Below are positions 1-10,800 of a stretch of 64,000 nucleotides of DNA, piece by piece; the stretch's first letter is position 1, and each line of letters starts with the position of its first letter. The notes beneath the pieces were generated by a model that made no database searches, was not told where the DNA came from, and was given only the letters and a program-made list of their open reading frames with translations. This DNA is from a virus. Both the position numbers and the translations under genes were made by a program. The stretch lies in IMG/VR virus record IMGVR_UViG_3300025168_000032, positions 96,001 through 160,000 of that record; one strand, written 5' to 3'.

Positions 1-1
1 A

Positions 2-469
2 AGATTAGGGGTCGCAGCACATGACGGCGAACTTAATTACGGCTTAACCTTAACTGACGGTGATTCTGAAGACGAAATTGATGTAGAAATCGGAAAGAAA
101 TCTGGCTCTATGACCACTATCAAGGGTAGTCTGACTGTGACATCAACAACTGTATATACTCCGCTTAGTACTCACAACTTTACAGGTAATGATACAGGCG
201 CAGCTATACCAATAACAGCTACATATGTAAGAATAGATGCTGCTGGATCTAGCCGAACCGGTATGAGATTCGGTGGAGCCGGCACAGCAGGGCAATTTTT
301 AATTGTTGAAAACGCTGGTGGAGAGAATGTGACTTTTCACGCAACAGGTGGTACCGCTTTAACAGCAACAAACACTGATAATGATACAATCATGCCGGGC
401 GAAATAGTAACTTTTGTTAGTAATGGAAGCGCTTGGTTCTTGACTGGTGGAGATTTACAGGCTGGATAA
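2..469 (+). CDS. 5'-truncated putative virion/fibre-like protein (C-terminal part)
   Basis: The frame of ORF 110..469 stays open back to position 2; Gly/Thr-rich beta-type sequence directly upstream of the head genes. Confidence 0.5.
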   Translation, partial: RLGVAAHDGELNYGLTLTDGDSEDEIDVEIGKKSGSMTTIKGSLTVTSTTVYTPLSTHNFTGNDTGAAIPITATYVRIDAAGSSRTGMRFGGAGTAGQFLIVENAGGENVTFHATGGTALTATNTDNDTIMPGEIVTFVSNGSAWFLTGGDLQAG

Positions 470-511
470 TATCCCTGTAGGCCATAAACTCGTCCTTTTC
501 TTGTTATTAAC

Positions 512-520
512 ACTATTTAC
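512..520 (+). promoter_or_regulatory. Late-type promoter motif ACTATTTAC upstream of scaffold
   Basis: Same motif recurs upstream of at least 8 other structural/late genes. Confidence 0.65.
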
Positions 521-552
521 ATTTGATAATAGTATTATTAGGAGAAAACTTA

Positions 553-1764
553 ATGTCTTCAATGTTAGAACAAGCGATAGTTGATGCCGCAGCGCTTAGA
601 GAAGCGGCCCTCAAAAATGCCGAACAATCAATAATTGATAAATATGCCCCTGAAATCAAAGCAGCCGTTGATTCACTTCTGGAAAATGACCAGAGAAGCT
701 TCAACCTAGGTGACGTTGTTAGGCATGAGGGTAGGTTTGCTAGAGTTACAACTGAAAGTGATAATGGCAAAATAGGAATTGCACTTGTGGGCGAAGATAA
801 AACACATCTGGTCATGGAATCAGAGCTTGAAGAGTCAAGCGAAGTTGATATCCTACAAGAGGAAGAGGGTGCCCTTGGCGGTGGAGTCGAAGCTGCTGTC
901 CCAAGCCCATACCAAGCACCGTCAGCCTATGCTGATTTGAGTCCTGATCAATCTGTAGATGTAAATATGACTTTCGAGTTTGATCCTGCCATGTTTAGCG
1001 TGGACCTCGAAGATTTAGAAGATTCTGAGACCCAAAAAGAGACGGGTGACATCCTTGGTGGAGAGGCAGATGCTGCTCCCTTGGGTGACGAAGAAGACCT
1101 CTTAGGAGACCTTGGCGATTTAGGGGGTGATCTATCTGCCGAAGGCCCAGAGGAAGACGAGCTTGCACTTCAAGAAATCATGAATATATTGAATGAGATT
1201 GGTGATGATCAAGTTTTAGAAGAAGAGCTTGTTGTTGATATGGCCGGAGAACACAAAAACGGCACGTTCGAAACGAGCGAAGCTACTTTAGGCTATAACA
1301 AAGAAATGGAATTAGCCAGAATGGAAGCAGACTCACACAAAGAAGAGAACGAGCTTTTGCAAAAAAGATTAGAAGAACTCGACGAATCTCTTAATAAGTC
1401 TCAGAACCAAACAAAAGAATTTAAAAACATTATTGAAAAGATGGAAGAGGTTCTAAGTGAAACTCTCCTATCAAATGCTAAATTGCTTTATAGCAATCAA
1501 ACATTAGGCGATGCCTCCTTGAATGAGCGACAAAAACGAAAGATTGTTGAAGCCATCGCTACGGCAAGTACACCAGATGACGCAAAGACTATGCAAGAGA
1601 CTCTTAGGGCGACAGTGGGTTCCACGAAAAGAAGTGGACCAAAATCACTGAGCGAGTCAGTGCAGCGTAGATCTAATTTATCAGGCATACTGCCACGAAA
1701 AAAGAAACCAAGCCAAGAACTTTCATTTGCAGAGCGAATGAGAAAATTGGCTGGTATTAAATAG
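553..1764 (+). CDS. Prohead core/scaffolding protein (T4 gp22-like)
   Basis: Very acidic coiled-coil protein directly upstream of the capsid gene, C-terminal ERMRKLAGIK; GGAGA RBS at 541-545 supports ATG 553. Confidence 0.75.
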   Translation: MSSMLEQAIVDAAALREAALKNAEQSIIDKYAPEIKAAVDSLLENDQRSFNLGDVVRHEGRFARVTTESDNGKIGIALVGEDKTHLVMESELEESSEVDILQEEEGALGGGVEAAVPSPYQAPSAYADLSPDQSVDVNMTFEFDPAMFSVDLEDLEDSETQKETGDILGGEADAAPLGDEEDLLGDLGDLGGDLSAEGPEEDELALQEIMNILNEIGDDQVLEEELVVDMAGEHKNGTFETSEATLGYNKEMELARMEADSHKEENELLQKRLEELDESLNKSQNQTKEFKNIIEKMEEVLSETLLSNAKLLYSNQTLGDASLNERQKRKIVEAIATASTPDDAKTMQETLRATVGSTKRSGPKSLSESVQRRSNLSGILPRKKKPSQELSFAERMRKLAGIK

Positions 1765-1787
1765 AACATACTGTAGGAGGTATTAAA

Positions 1788-3602
1788 ATGTCTATTGTTC
1801 AGAAATTAACTGAAGGCATCATAAACCGTGACATGAAAGCAGAAGGGCAAGCTCTTTTGAATAAATGGCAACAAACTGGTTTACTTGAAGGCCTTAAAAC
1901 AGAGCGCTCTCAGCATAATATGGCTAGATTGCTCGAAAACCAAGCTAAAGAACTTCTTCGTGAAGCTTCTTCAATGGGTGCTGGTGACGTCGAAGGTTTC
2001 GCCGCTGTCGCATTCCCAATTGTTCGTCGTGTATTCGCCGGACTTATCGCTAATGAGCTTGTTAGCGTTCAACCAATGAGTCTACCTAGTGGACTTATTT
2101 TCTTCCTTGATTTTGCTTTTGGTGATGAAGAAGGCGGCTCTGCTGTCTCTGGTGATCGTCTTGGTAATACTCAAGGTGGTACCGCTTCCATTTACGGTAC
2201 TGATGCTCTTGCTAGTGCAGTTGTTGACGGTGTTAATATTGTCGATGCCACAACCAAGGCCGACCAATCAGGCCCTCGTGGAATGACTGGTTATGCTTAT
2301 TCTTCTCCAAGTGGAAGTAATAATGCCGCATTGACTGATGGTGCTGGTGGCATGGATATGAAAGCAGCTTTTGTTCTTGATGGTTCCGTATCTGAAGCTA
2401 ATAAAAAACTTATTCAGTACGATCCAGATCTTCTTTCTATCACAGATAGTAGCCAAGGTATTGTTGTTATTGATATTGAAGAAGAAGAAATTAGTGCTAA
2501 AGTTAGCGAAGGCGACCCTGATTTTGATAACCTTTCTGGTTTTGTTTTGATCGCTGCTTCTGCTCAATCCTATTCTGACGCTCTCGGTTCTACACCTACT
2601 CAAATTCGTCGTTTGACTTCTTTAGCTTCTGCTGCTGATGCTGCGACCACTTTGAAAGCTGTTCGTCTTGTCTTTATTGCTGCAACTGTAACTGCTGCCG
2701 ATTTGGCCAGTACTACCGCAGTTATTGCAAACAGATTGATTTTCCCTGTGAAAGATCAAATTGATCCAGCCACTGCTGTTGGTGGAGTTGTTGGTGATCT
2801 TTATGAACTTGAAAAGAATGCTAACATTCCAGAGATCGACATCAAGGTCGATTCAATCGCGATCACCGCTCAAACCAAGAAGCTTAAAGCTAAATGGACT
2901 CCTGAGCTTGGTCAAGATTTGAATGCTTATCACAACCTTGATGCTGAAGTTGAATTGACTTCTATTCTTTCTGAGCAAATCGCTCTTGAAATTGACCGTG
3001 AGATCCTTGCTGATCTTGTAAACGGTGCAACTGCTGGTAGATTCTACTGGTCTCGTTCACCCGGTCTTTTCGTTAACCGCCAAACTGGTGCTGAGCAAGG
3101 TGCTAGCTCTGCTGCTCCTGACTTCACCGGAACTGTTAGCGAATGGTATGAAACTCTTATTGAAACCATCAATGATGTTTCTGCTCAAATTCACAGAAAG
3201 ACACTTCGTGGTGGAGCTAACTTTGTAGTTTGTTCTCCTGAAGTTGCTAACATTCTTGAGTTTACTGCTGGATTCCGTGCTAACGTTACTGCTGACGCTG
3301 ATAAAGGCGACATCGGTGCTGTTAAGACTGGTTCTTTGAGCCGTAAATTCGACGTTATGGTTGATCCTTACTTCCCCCGTAATGTTGTTCTTGTCGGTCG
3401 TCGTGGTAACTCTTTCCTTGAAAGCGGTTATGTATATGCACCTTATGTGCCTCTACAAACCACACCTACCATCTTCGGTGTAGAGGACTTCGTTCCTCGT
3501 AAAGGAGTAATGACTCGTTACGCTAAGAAAATGGTTCGTCCTGATATGTACGGTATTGTTATCGTTCGTGGTCTCCTTGGTGAAGCTGGTGCAACTAGCT
3601 AA
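1788..3602 (+). CDS. gp23: Major capsid protein, T4 gp23 family
   Basis: gp23 motifs VSVQPMSLPSGLIFFL, KLKAKWTPELGQDL, EIDREI, YAPYVPL, GVMTRYA; strong codon bias. Confidence 0.97.
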   Translation: MSIVQKLTEGIINRDMKAEGQALLNKWQQTGLLEGLKTERSQHNMARLLENQAKELLREASSMGAGDVEGFAAVAFPIVRRVFAGLIANELVSVQPMSLPSGLIFFLDFAFGDEEGGSAVSGDRLGNTQGGTASIYGTDALASAVVDGVNIVDATTKADQSGPRGMTGYAYSSPSGSNNAALTDGAGGMDMKAAFVLDGSVSEANKKLIQYDPDLLSITDSSQGIVVIDIEEEEISAKVSEGDPDFDNLSGFVLIAASAQSYSDALGSTPTQIRRLTSLASAADAATTLKAVRLVFIAATVTAADLASTTAVIANRLIFPVKDQIDPATAVGGVVGDLYELEKNANIPEIDIKVDSIAITAQTKKLKAKWTPELGQDLNAYHNLDAEVELTSILSEQIALEIDREILADLVNGATAGRFYWSRSPGLFVNRQTGAEQGASSAAPDFTGTVSEWYETLIETINDVSAQIHRKTLRGGANFVVCSPEVANILEFTAGFRANVTADADKGDIGAVKTGSLSRKFDVMVDPYFPRNVVLVGRRGNSFLESGYVYAPYVPLQTTPTIFGVEDFVPRKGVMTRYAKKMVRPDMYGIVIVRGLLGEAGATS

Positions 3603-3629
3603 ATCATAGAAACCTTATAGGTTAAACTA

Positions 3630-3667
3630 GACCCCCCTTCCTTTGTTGGTCGGGGGGTTTATTTTTT
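3630..3667 (+). terminator. Rho-independent terminator after capsid gene
   Basis: CCCCCC (3632-37) / GGGGGG (3652-57) stem followed by T-rich tract. Confidence 0.8.
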
Positions 3668-3671
3668 GTAA

Positions 3672-3680
3672 ACTATTTAC
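3672..3680 (+). promoter_or_regulatory. Late-type promoter motif ACTATTTAC
   Basis: Exact match to the recurrent motif, immediately after the terminator. Confidence 0.65.
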
Positions 3681-3792
3681 CTGTGAATGAGAATATCGTT
3701 CATCCATTGTTATCGGGCAGGCTTGACTTGCCTCCTATTATCGCTGAAATAAACCGATAAAGGAACATGATTATAAAAGGAGGGTTTTTAAC
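3681..3792 (+). ncRNA. Possible structured 5' leader RNA
   Basis: TTATCGG (3710-16) / CCGATAA (3754-60) stem enclosing GGCAGG-CTTGA-CTTGCC hairpin; ~110-nt leader. Confidence 0.35.
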
Positions 3793-4572
3793 ATGGGAAC
3801 AAAAAGAATAGGTCTCGCTAGAATCGAGGCCCTAATTGAAAATTTAAAAAGAGATTTGAATCTCGGAGATGGGGCAAAATTGAATGGAATTTCAATTGAC
3901 CAAGACGTGCCTTTTGAATTACAAGGGCTGGCACACCCATGGACTCTAAATTTTGGAGGAGACCAAATCGCAGGTCTAGCCACAGCACCTACGACAGCAA
4001 ACGTATTGACTGAGCCAATCGTAGCTTTAAAATGTTCTAGGGTTCTAGAAAATATAGCTTCGGCAACTGATGTTCCGTCAGCCGCCATCGCTGCTAAAGT
4101 ATTTGGTGGAACCGGTGTTTTGGGAGTTGATGTCGCAATTGGAACCACCGGTACTCCCGGACAGACACCAATGGTTGATCAAAGAATTTCTAGACTAACT
4201 GGTAATGTTTCCGGAACTGTTGTGATGACAAATGCCGCTGATATGGCCGCTGAAGACACCGAGACTTTGATATTATTCACAGGAAATACATTCGCTTCAA
4301 GCGGTATTTTAAAGTTGGGCCTTCATGATGATCGAGCACTCGATGCAGAATCATGTGAGGTTTTTGTTACTGCTGACGGAACTGACGCTATGAGCCGTGT
4401 TACCGTGGCCGATGATGACGACACCCTGATCATTCTTACTGATACTGGTGACTGTACAATTCTCGCAGGTTCTTACTTGTACTTCCATTCTCACCATGCT
4501 ACTGATGTAACAGCGGTTAAAGGCTGTATTCGCACAACTGGTGGAACTATTGCTGTGACTTTCGCTGCTTAA
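3793..4572 (+). CDS. Hypothetical protein, likely virion/decoration
   Basis: GGAGG RBS, late motif upstream, located in head module. Confidence 0.7.
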   Translation: MGTKRIGLARIEALIENLKRDLNLGDGAKLNGISIDQDVPFELQGLAHPWTLNFGGDQIAGLATAPTTANVLTEPIVALKCSRVLENIASATDVPSAAIAAKVFGGTGVLGVDVAIGTTGTPGQTPMVDQRISRLTGNVSGTVVMTNAADMAAEDTETLILFTGNTFASSGILKLGLHDDRALDAESCEVFVTADGTDAMSRVTVADDDDTLIILTDTGDCTILAGSYLYFHSHHATDVTAVKGCIRTTGGTIAVTFAA

Positions 4573-4596
4573 GAATAGTTAAGGTATTATATTTAA

Positions 4597-4626
4597 GCCC
4601 CCTTTCTTCGGATTGGGGGTTTTTTA
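4597..4626 (+). terminator. Rho-independent terminator
   Basis: GCCCCC...TTCG...GGGGGT hairpin plus T tract. Confidence 0.8.
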
Positions 4627-4709
4627 TTTGAAAATCCAAGATCCCAAAATTTATTTCCGGGCCAATTTTCAGATTTTAAACTAATTATACCGAACCATAG
4701 GAGTTAAAA

Positions 4710-5159
4710 ATGGGAAACAGAAGAAGAAAGATGGTAAAAAGAAAATTTCAAGCATTGCCATGGAATAGGTACAACAGAACACGTAACACAGAAGAACTAC
4801 CAGAGCAAAAGGTCAACAAGATCGTTGAAGATAATTCTGTCATGCTGGAGAAGATGAACAACGTCTCAAGTATTTGTGACAATCTTTTACAAACCTTTTA
4901 TACAATGGCGGAAAACGACGAGATCGATTTTGAAGAAGAGGTTGAAGTCCACGTGCCAATGATTAAGGCAACACAGTTAGCTCCACAAACCAAGACCGCC
5001 CAACTAGCACCAGAGGTCAAAGAAAAGACAGTAAAATTACCCAACTTTAAGAGAATGACAAAGAAAAAGTTGATTGAATTTGCAAAAGCCAATGGCGTCA
5101 AAGTCTCTACTTTTATGAACAAGGCAAACATTATCAAAGCCATTGAAGCCAAACAATAG
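4710..5159 (+). CDS. Hypothetical protein with C-terminal Rho-N/HeH-like helical domain
   Basis: C-terminus FKRMTKKKLIEFAKANGVKVSTFMNKANIIKAI resembles Rho_N/HeH; late motif at 4680-4688. Confidence 0.55.
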   Translation: MGNRRRKMVKRKFQALPWNRYNRTRNTEELPEQKVNKIVEDNSVMLEKMNNVSSICDNLLQTFYTMAENDEIDFEEEVEVHVPMIKATQLAPQTKTAQLAPEVKEKTVKLPNFKRMTKKKLIEFAKANGVKVSTFMNKANIIKAIEAKQ

Positions 5160-5195
5160 ATATAAGACTATTTACATTGATTGGAGGTTTCATGA

Positions 5196-6467
5196 ATGTC
5201 TTTACCAACCTTAACACCGACTTCAACAACTAGCGCTATTGTTTTACCAGAAACGGCTTCGTTTAACGGCTCAACTGCGGCTAACTCACACGTTTCTGAT
5301 GCTTGTCCCATAGGATATTACACAGCTAGCGTCAATTTTGTCTCTGGGGCAGTTGCCCAAGTAGCTTACACTTATAAGAAACTTGGCGGAGATGTCTTAG
5401 ACATTGAGTTGACCTCTGGTAGCGTTTTCGCGAACTACGAAGAGGCTGTCTTAGAATATTCTTATATTGTAAACCTACACCAGTCAAAAAATATACTAGG
5501 GTCTTCTCTTGGGTCTACCACTGGTTCTTTTAATCACAAAGGCGAAAGAACAGACAGTGGTACTAAAAATATCGAATTAAAATATCCTAAGTTTAGTTTT
5601 GAAACAGCATTTAGGGTATCAGATGCGTTTTCCACAGAGGCTACAGTCGGCGGGAACACACCAATTTACTCTGCTTCTTTCGATTCGGTGACCAACCAGC
5701 AAGAGTATGACTTACAGAGCATTGTGTCTGCCATCGATACAGGCGATTCTAACTCACCATTCTACGGAGAAGTGGGAAATAAACGAGTTTTTATACGTCA
5801 AGTATACTACGTGTCCCCTCGACAGATGTGGCGATTTTTCGGCTATTATGGCGGCCTAAACGTTACTGGTGATATGAGCACATATGGACAGTATGCTGAC
5901 GATTCCTCGTTTCAAGTTATCCCAGCATGGCAGAACAAAATACAGGCCATGCAATACGAAGATCACCTGTATACCAGAACCAGTCATTACTCATACGAGA
6001 TTGTCGATAATACTTTATTATTATATCCGGCTCCCACTTCGCAGTCACCAGACAAATTTTTCTTTAGGTTCTCTGTATCGCAGGACCCTTGGACGGATGA
6101 TAAAGATATAGGCCAAGACGGTATCAATAATATGAACACCTTGCCATTCGAAAATATTGCTTATGAAAATATCAATTCGATCGGGAAACAGTGGATTCGA
6201 CGATTCTCTTTGGCACTATCTAAGGAAACTCTTGGGCAAATTAGAGGCAAATTCGGTGGAGCGATCCCAATACCGGGAGACAATATCACCTTAAACGCTT
6301 CAGACTTGTTGTCACAAGCCCAAACAGAGCAAGAAAAACTTAGAGAAGAACTTAAGACACAGCTTGATGAAGTCACATATCCTAAGCTTATTGCTAGTGA
6401 TAAGGAAGTATCTGACAATTCTAAAGCTATCTTGTCAGAAGTTCCACTAAAGATATTTGTAGGTTAA
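5196..6467 (+). CDS. Neck/head-completion protein (gp13-like)
   Basis: Position after capsid; LGGDVLDIEL and LSKETLGQIRGKF...IPIPG..ITLNASDL motifs typical of jumbo-phage neck proteins. Confidence 0.7.
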   Translation: MSLPTLTPTSTTSAIVLPETASFNGSTAANSHVSDACPIGYYTASVNFVSGAVAQVAYTYKKLGGDVLDIELTSGSVFANYEEAVLEYSYIVNLHQSKNILGSSLGSTTGSFNHKGERTDSGTKNIELKYPKFSFETAFRVSDAFSTEATVGGNTPIYSASFDSVTNQQEYDLQSIVSAIDTGDSNSPFYGEVGNKRVFIRQVYYVSPRQMWRFFGYYGGLNVTGDMSTYGQYADDSSFQVIPAWQNKIQAMQYEDHLYTRTSHYSYEIVDNTLLLYPAPTSQSPDKFFFRFSVSQDPWTDDKDIGQDGINNMNTLPFENIAYENINSIGKQWIRRFSLALSKETLGQIRGKFGGAIPIPGDNITLNASDLLSQAQTEQEKLREELKTQLDEVTYPKLIASDKEVSDNSKAILSEVPLKIFVG

Positions 6468-6471
6468 TTGA

Positions 6472-6963
6472 ATGTCAGATAACAAATGGAAAAAACCAGA
6501 TCAACCACCCCCACCACTCTTTCTTGGTAAAAAAGAGAAGGACCTTGTTAAACAAATCAACGACGAAATCATCGAAAGAGTCGTTGGGCAACAAGTTCTT
6601 TATTTCGCCATTGATATAGACCACACGAACTATCATCCGCTGTATGGAGAGGCGATTGAGAAGACTTTTTTGCCACCGATAAGGGTTCATGCCCTCATCG
6701 AGTACCAAGGCATAGAAAGTACCTATATGGCCGGTATTGGAGTTGACAAACTGACCAAAATAAATGTCAAATTTCACAAAAGACGCTTGACCGAAGATCA
6801 AGACTTGTTTGTTAGGGAAGGGGACTTTGTTAGATACGGAGAAATCTTTTACGAAATTGTAAAACTTAATGAACCTAAGCTCCTCTTCGGGCAGCCCGAA
6901 TCTAGGTTCGAGATACAAGCAGATTGCATAAGAGCAAGGGATGGGTTATTTAATGCCGATTAA
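6472..6963 (+). CDS. Head closure/neck protein (gp14-like)
   Basis: Synteny; YHPLYGEA and VREGDFVRYG motifs. Confidence 0.6.
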   Translation: MSDNKWKKPDQPPPPLFLGKKEKDLVKQINDEIIERVVGQQVLYFAIDIDHTNYHPLYGEAIEKTFLPPIRVHALIEYQGIESTYMAGIGVDKLTKINVKFHKRRLTEDQDLFVREGDFVRYGEIFYEIVKLNEPKLLFGQPESRFEIQADCIRARDGLFNAD

Positions 6964-7786
6964 ACATGAACCATTTGAACCATCGTCTATAGAATCTATA
7001 GATACAGCGATGTTTAAATATATTGATGAAGAATTGAACCTTCACGCCAACACCAACAATGGCTATAATAAAGCTAAGGTTCTTTGGTTAGGCGCGGAAA
7101 GAGCATTTCAAATCAAAAACAATAAAGAACTAAGAGACTCTGCTGGTAAATTGATACTACCTCTTATAGTGGTAAGCAGGGATTCAATCTCTAAAGATCC
7201 TGCTTTTAAAGGCGCCTTTCAAGCTAACGTGTTTGAACACCCAGATTACAAAGGTGGAGCCATAACTGTCTCAAGAAGGATCAAACAAGATAAAACAAGA
7301 AACTTTGTTAACACAAAAAGAAACAGAGGGTCAAAGAATGGAGACGAGACAGGCAGAGTTACAAGTTCTAACATTGTTTACCAAGAGATTGTCATGCCTG
7401 CACCGGTTTATGTAGCTGTGATGTATACTATTACCCTTAGAACCGAATACCAGCAGCAAATGAACTCACTTGCTCAGCCTTTTATGACAAAAACCGGCAA
7501 TATCAACAGTTTTATGCTTAAAAACGACAATTATCGCTATGAAGCCTTCATACAACCGGATTTTAGTGAAAGTAAAAATTTGGATAACCTAGGGGAGGAA
7601 GAAAGGATGTTCGAGACAAAGGTCCAGATTAGAGTACAAGGATATCTGGTCGGAGAGGGAGACAACAGAGAAAAGCCAAAGGTAACAATCAGAGAAAACC
7701 GAACAAAAGTGAGAATTTCTAGAGAAAGAGTTATTATTGGAGACAAAATTCCTTGGAAGGATAAAGACAGCGATTACAGAGATTAG
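6953..7786 (+). CDS. Tail terminator/completion protein (gp15-like)
   Basis: Immediately precedes sheath; PAPVYVAVMYTITLRTEYQQQMN motif. Confidence 0.55.
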   Translation: MPIKHEPFEPSSIESIDTAMFKYIDEELNLHANTNNGYNKAKVLWLGAERAFQIKNNKELRDSAGKLILPLIVVSRDSISKDPAFKGAFQANVFEHPDYKGGAITVSRRIKQDKTRNFVNTKRNRGSKNGDETGRVTSSNIVYQEIVMPAPVYVAVMYTITLRTEYQQQMNSLAQPFMTKTGNINSFMLKNDNYRYEAFIQPDFSESKNLDNLGEEERMFETKVQIRVQGYLVGEGDNREKPKVTIRENRTKVRISRERVIIGDKIPWKDKDSDYRD

Positions 7787-7845
7787 TGTCATTAGCGTTA
7801 TAAGATACTATTTACTTTGAGAAAGATTATAAGGAGATTTTTTTA

Positions 7846-10800
7846 ATGCCTAGAAAATTTGATTTTGTATCGCCCGGTATTTCTATTGAAGAGATTGATG
7901 AGAGTATTATTGAGGCGCCAGTAACTGATGACGGTTTATTAATTATTGGAAGAGCAAAGGCTGGACCAGCCATGCAACCCACCAAGATTAAAAGTTTAAG
8001 AGACTTTGTTGCTGTTTTCGGCGACCCGATTAGTGGTAAAGGAACCGCTAACAATGATGTTTGGAGAGATGGGAATAACCAATCTCCGACATACGGAGCT
8101 TATGCAGCCCAAGCGTGGCTAGCATCAGAAACCTCACCAGTTACCTTTATAAGGCTGCTTGGTCAAGATGCAGATAACCAAGCCAGCGGATATATTAAGG
8201 CTGGTTGGAATCTGGATGGTGCCAATTTAACTGCCGATACCGGTACACATGCAACAAACGTTACCGCATACGGGTTATTTATTATGCCCTCAGCATCAGC
8301 CACAGTAAACGTAACTGGAACATTGGCTGCTGTTATTTATGCAACTGGTGCTGCTGTTACTCTTAGTGGTACAATGGCTGGCGGTCTAAAAAACACCATC
8401 AATTCCTCTGCCACTACATCCTCCGCTGGATGTATGATCGAGTCTATTTCAACAGGTGGCAAAGGAAACACCTTTACGCTTGAAATTAGAGATTCATACA
8501 CCGAGTCTAGCGTTGTTGAGAAGCACGTATTTCATCTTGATCCTGATCAAAAAGATAATTATATTAGAAATGTATTGAACACTAACCCTCTTAAGACTTT
8601 TGCTACGAACTACGGCTCTGCGAATGCAAAGAAGTACTTTTTAGGTGAAACTTATGAAGAGGCAGTTCAGGCATTAGTTTCTGGCTCTACTGCTGGGGCT
8701 CAATACGGTGTAATCCTTCCATTGGTTAGTGGTTCTTCTAACATGGTAACACACCAAGAAGCAGCCACACCAGCCAAGTCTGGTTGGATTATTAACCGAG
8801 ACCCAACACCACAATTGAATTCATCAGCTTTCGATGCCTCTCAATTAAAGAAGCTTTTCCGCGTGGTTTCTCTCCATGATGGAGAATGGTTCCAAGCGAA
8901 TTATTATGTTACTATCGAAGATCTTAAGCTCGGTACTGTTACCAATCCCAATTCCTCTTTCACTCTTAGTGTTAGAAAGACTGGGCAAAATGGAGAACTT
9001 GTAGAGCAATTTTCAAATTGTAACTTAGACGAATCTTCTGATAGTTTTGTCGGAAAGAAAATTGGAGATATGAGTCAAACTTGGAATACTACCAACATGG
9101 TATTTGATATTTCTGGTGATTACATGAACCAATCTGACTATATTAGAATTGAAATGGGTGATGACTGGAAGTCTGGAATCGATGATTCATACATGCTTCC
9201 ATGGGGCTTCTTTGGGCCAGTTAGACCTAAAGGGTTTACTATGTTAGAAGGCTCCACCGGAGTACAGGCTCTTCCTGCTGCCGGAGTAGATCCAGTAGAT
9301 GCTGGTGTTGTTGCTACGGCACAAGTTACATATACTGGTGACCACGTCGATGATGGCGGAAAATTAATATTTAATCACCCTGACGGCTTCGCATACGAAG
9401 TTAGAGCGGCCGCTACTGCTAACTCTACTGCGTGGACATTAACATCAGGAGTCTACGTCTGGACTGTAGATACACAAGATAGTTCCGGAACTGGTAATAA
9501 TCATACAAAGTATGCAGATAAAGTTGCTGAAGCTCTTAATTTAATGGAAGGCTATACTGCCGCAGATAGTGGGGGTGTTGTAACAATTATTGCTGTTGGG
9601 CCCGGGGCTCATTATACATTTACAATGAGTGAGAGTGGTGACGATTCGACCCATCAGGCACTTGGATCTGTAACTGCTGGTACAGACACATCAAACTTGG
9701 CCCATGTATATGTTAAAGGTAATAACAACGTTATTCATTCTGGTGGTGATGCAGCACAATTTGCAAAGATGCCAACCATAATGTCAGCATCGATTCACTT
9801 CCCAAGGCTAAAGCTTACTGAAGAAAGCACCAATAAGGCGTCAGCAAATTATAAAAACACTGACATGTTTGGTGTAAGGCACAAATTTGCTTCTAAGAAT
9901 GAAAAGGGTGTTGCACCTAAGAGAGATTATCTTGATCTTACAAGATTTCAAGGTGGCTCTATGGACGTCCACACAACAGCAAATGCTACAGAATATAGTT
10001 TTGTATTCTCAATGGACGAAATAGCTAGAGACGCAAACGGTCTATACTATTGGGCTTCTGGCTCTCACACAATCGCTATTGGCACTCAAACACGAGCAGT
10101 CACAGCAGGGTCCGGATCTCAACAACTAATCGATGACAAGGTTCGTCAATTTGCTGTACCAATGTTTGGTGGATTTGACGGAGTTGATATCACGAAAGCT
10201 GATCCATTCTCAAGCGCTGTTGCCCTTGCATCTAAAGCAGAATCAACATCTTATGCTTATAATAGTGTATCAAGAGCAATTGATATGTGTAACACCGCAG
10301 AATCAGTTAAATATGATGTGATCTCAATACCGGGCTTAACTAACGAAAGCTTGACTAACGATCTAATCAGAATGGTTGAAGAACGCGCTGATGCTTTGGC
10401 GATCATCGATCTTGATGATGGTTATCTTGAGACATATGAGAACAATGGAACAAGAACTGGTGGTACTCTCGCTTCAGTTAAATCTAATTCTGACAGTAGA
10501 GATTATAATACAAGTTATGCTGCTACATACTTCCCAAGAGTAAGAATGAGAGATTCTCTTTCTGGAAATGGCGATATGGTTATCGCTCCTGCTTCTGTAG
10601 CCGCGATTGGAGCCTTGGCATTCTCAGACTCAGATACTGGTGCTCCATGGTTCGCCCCTGCTGGATTTAACAGAGGTGGACTGTCACAACTTGGTGGACC
10701 TCAAGGTCCAAAAGTTATTGGAGCTTTTAAGCAGCTTTCAAAATCTAACCGAGACGAACTTTACCAAAGAAACATTAACCCTGTTGCTCGATTCCCTGCA

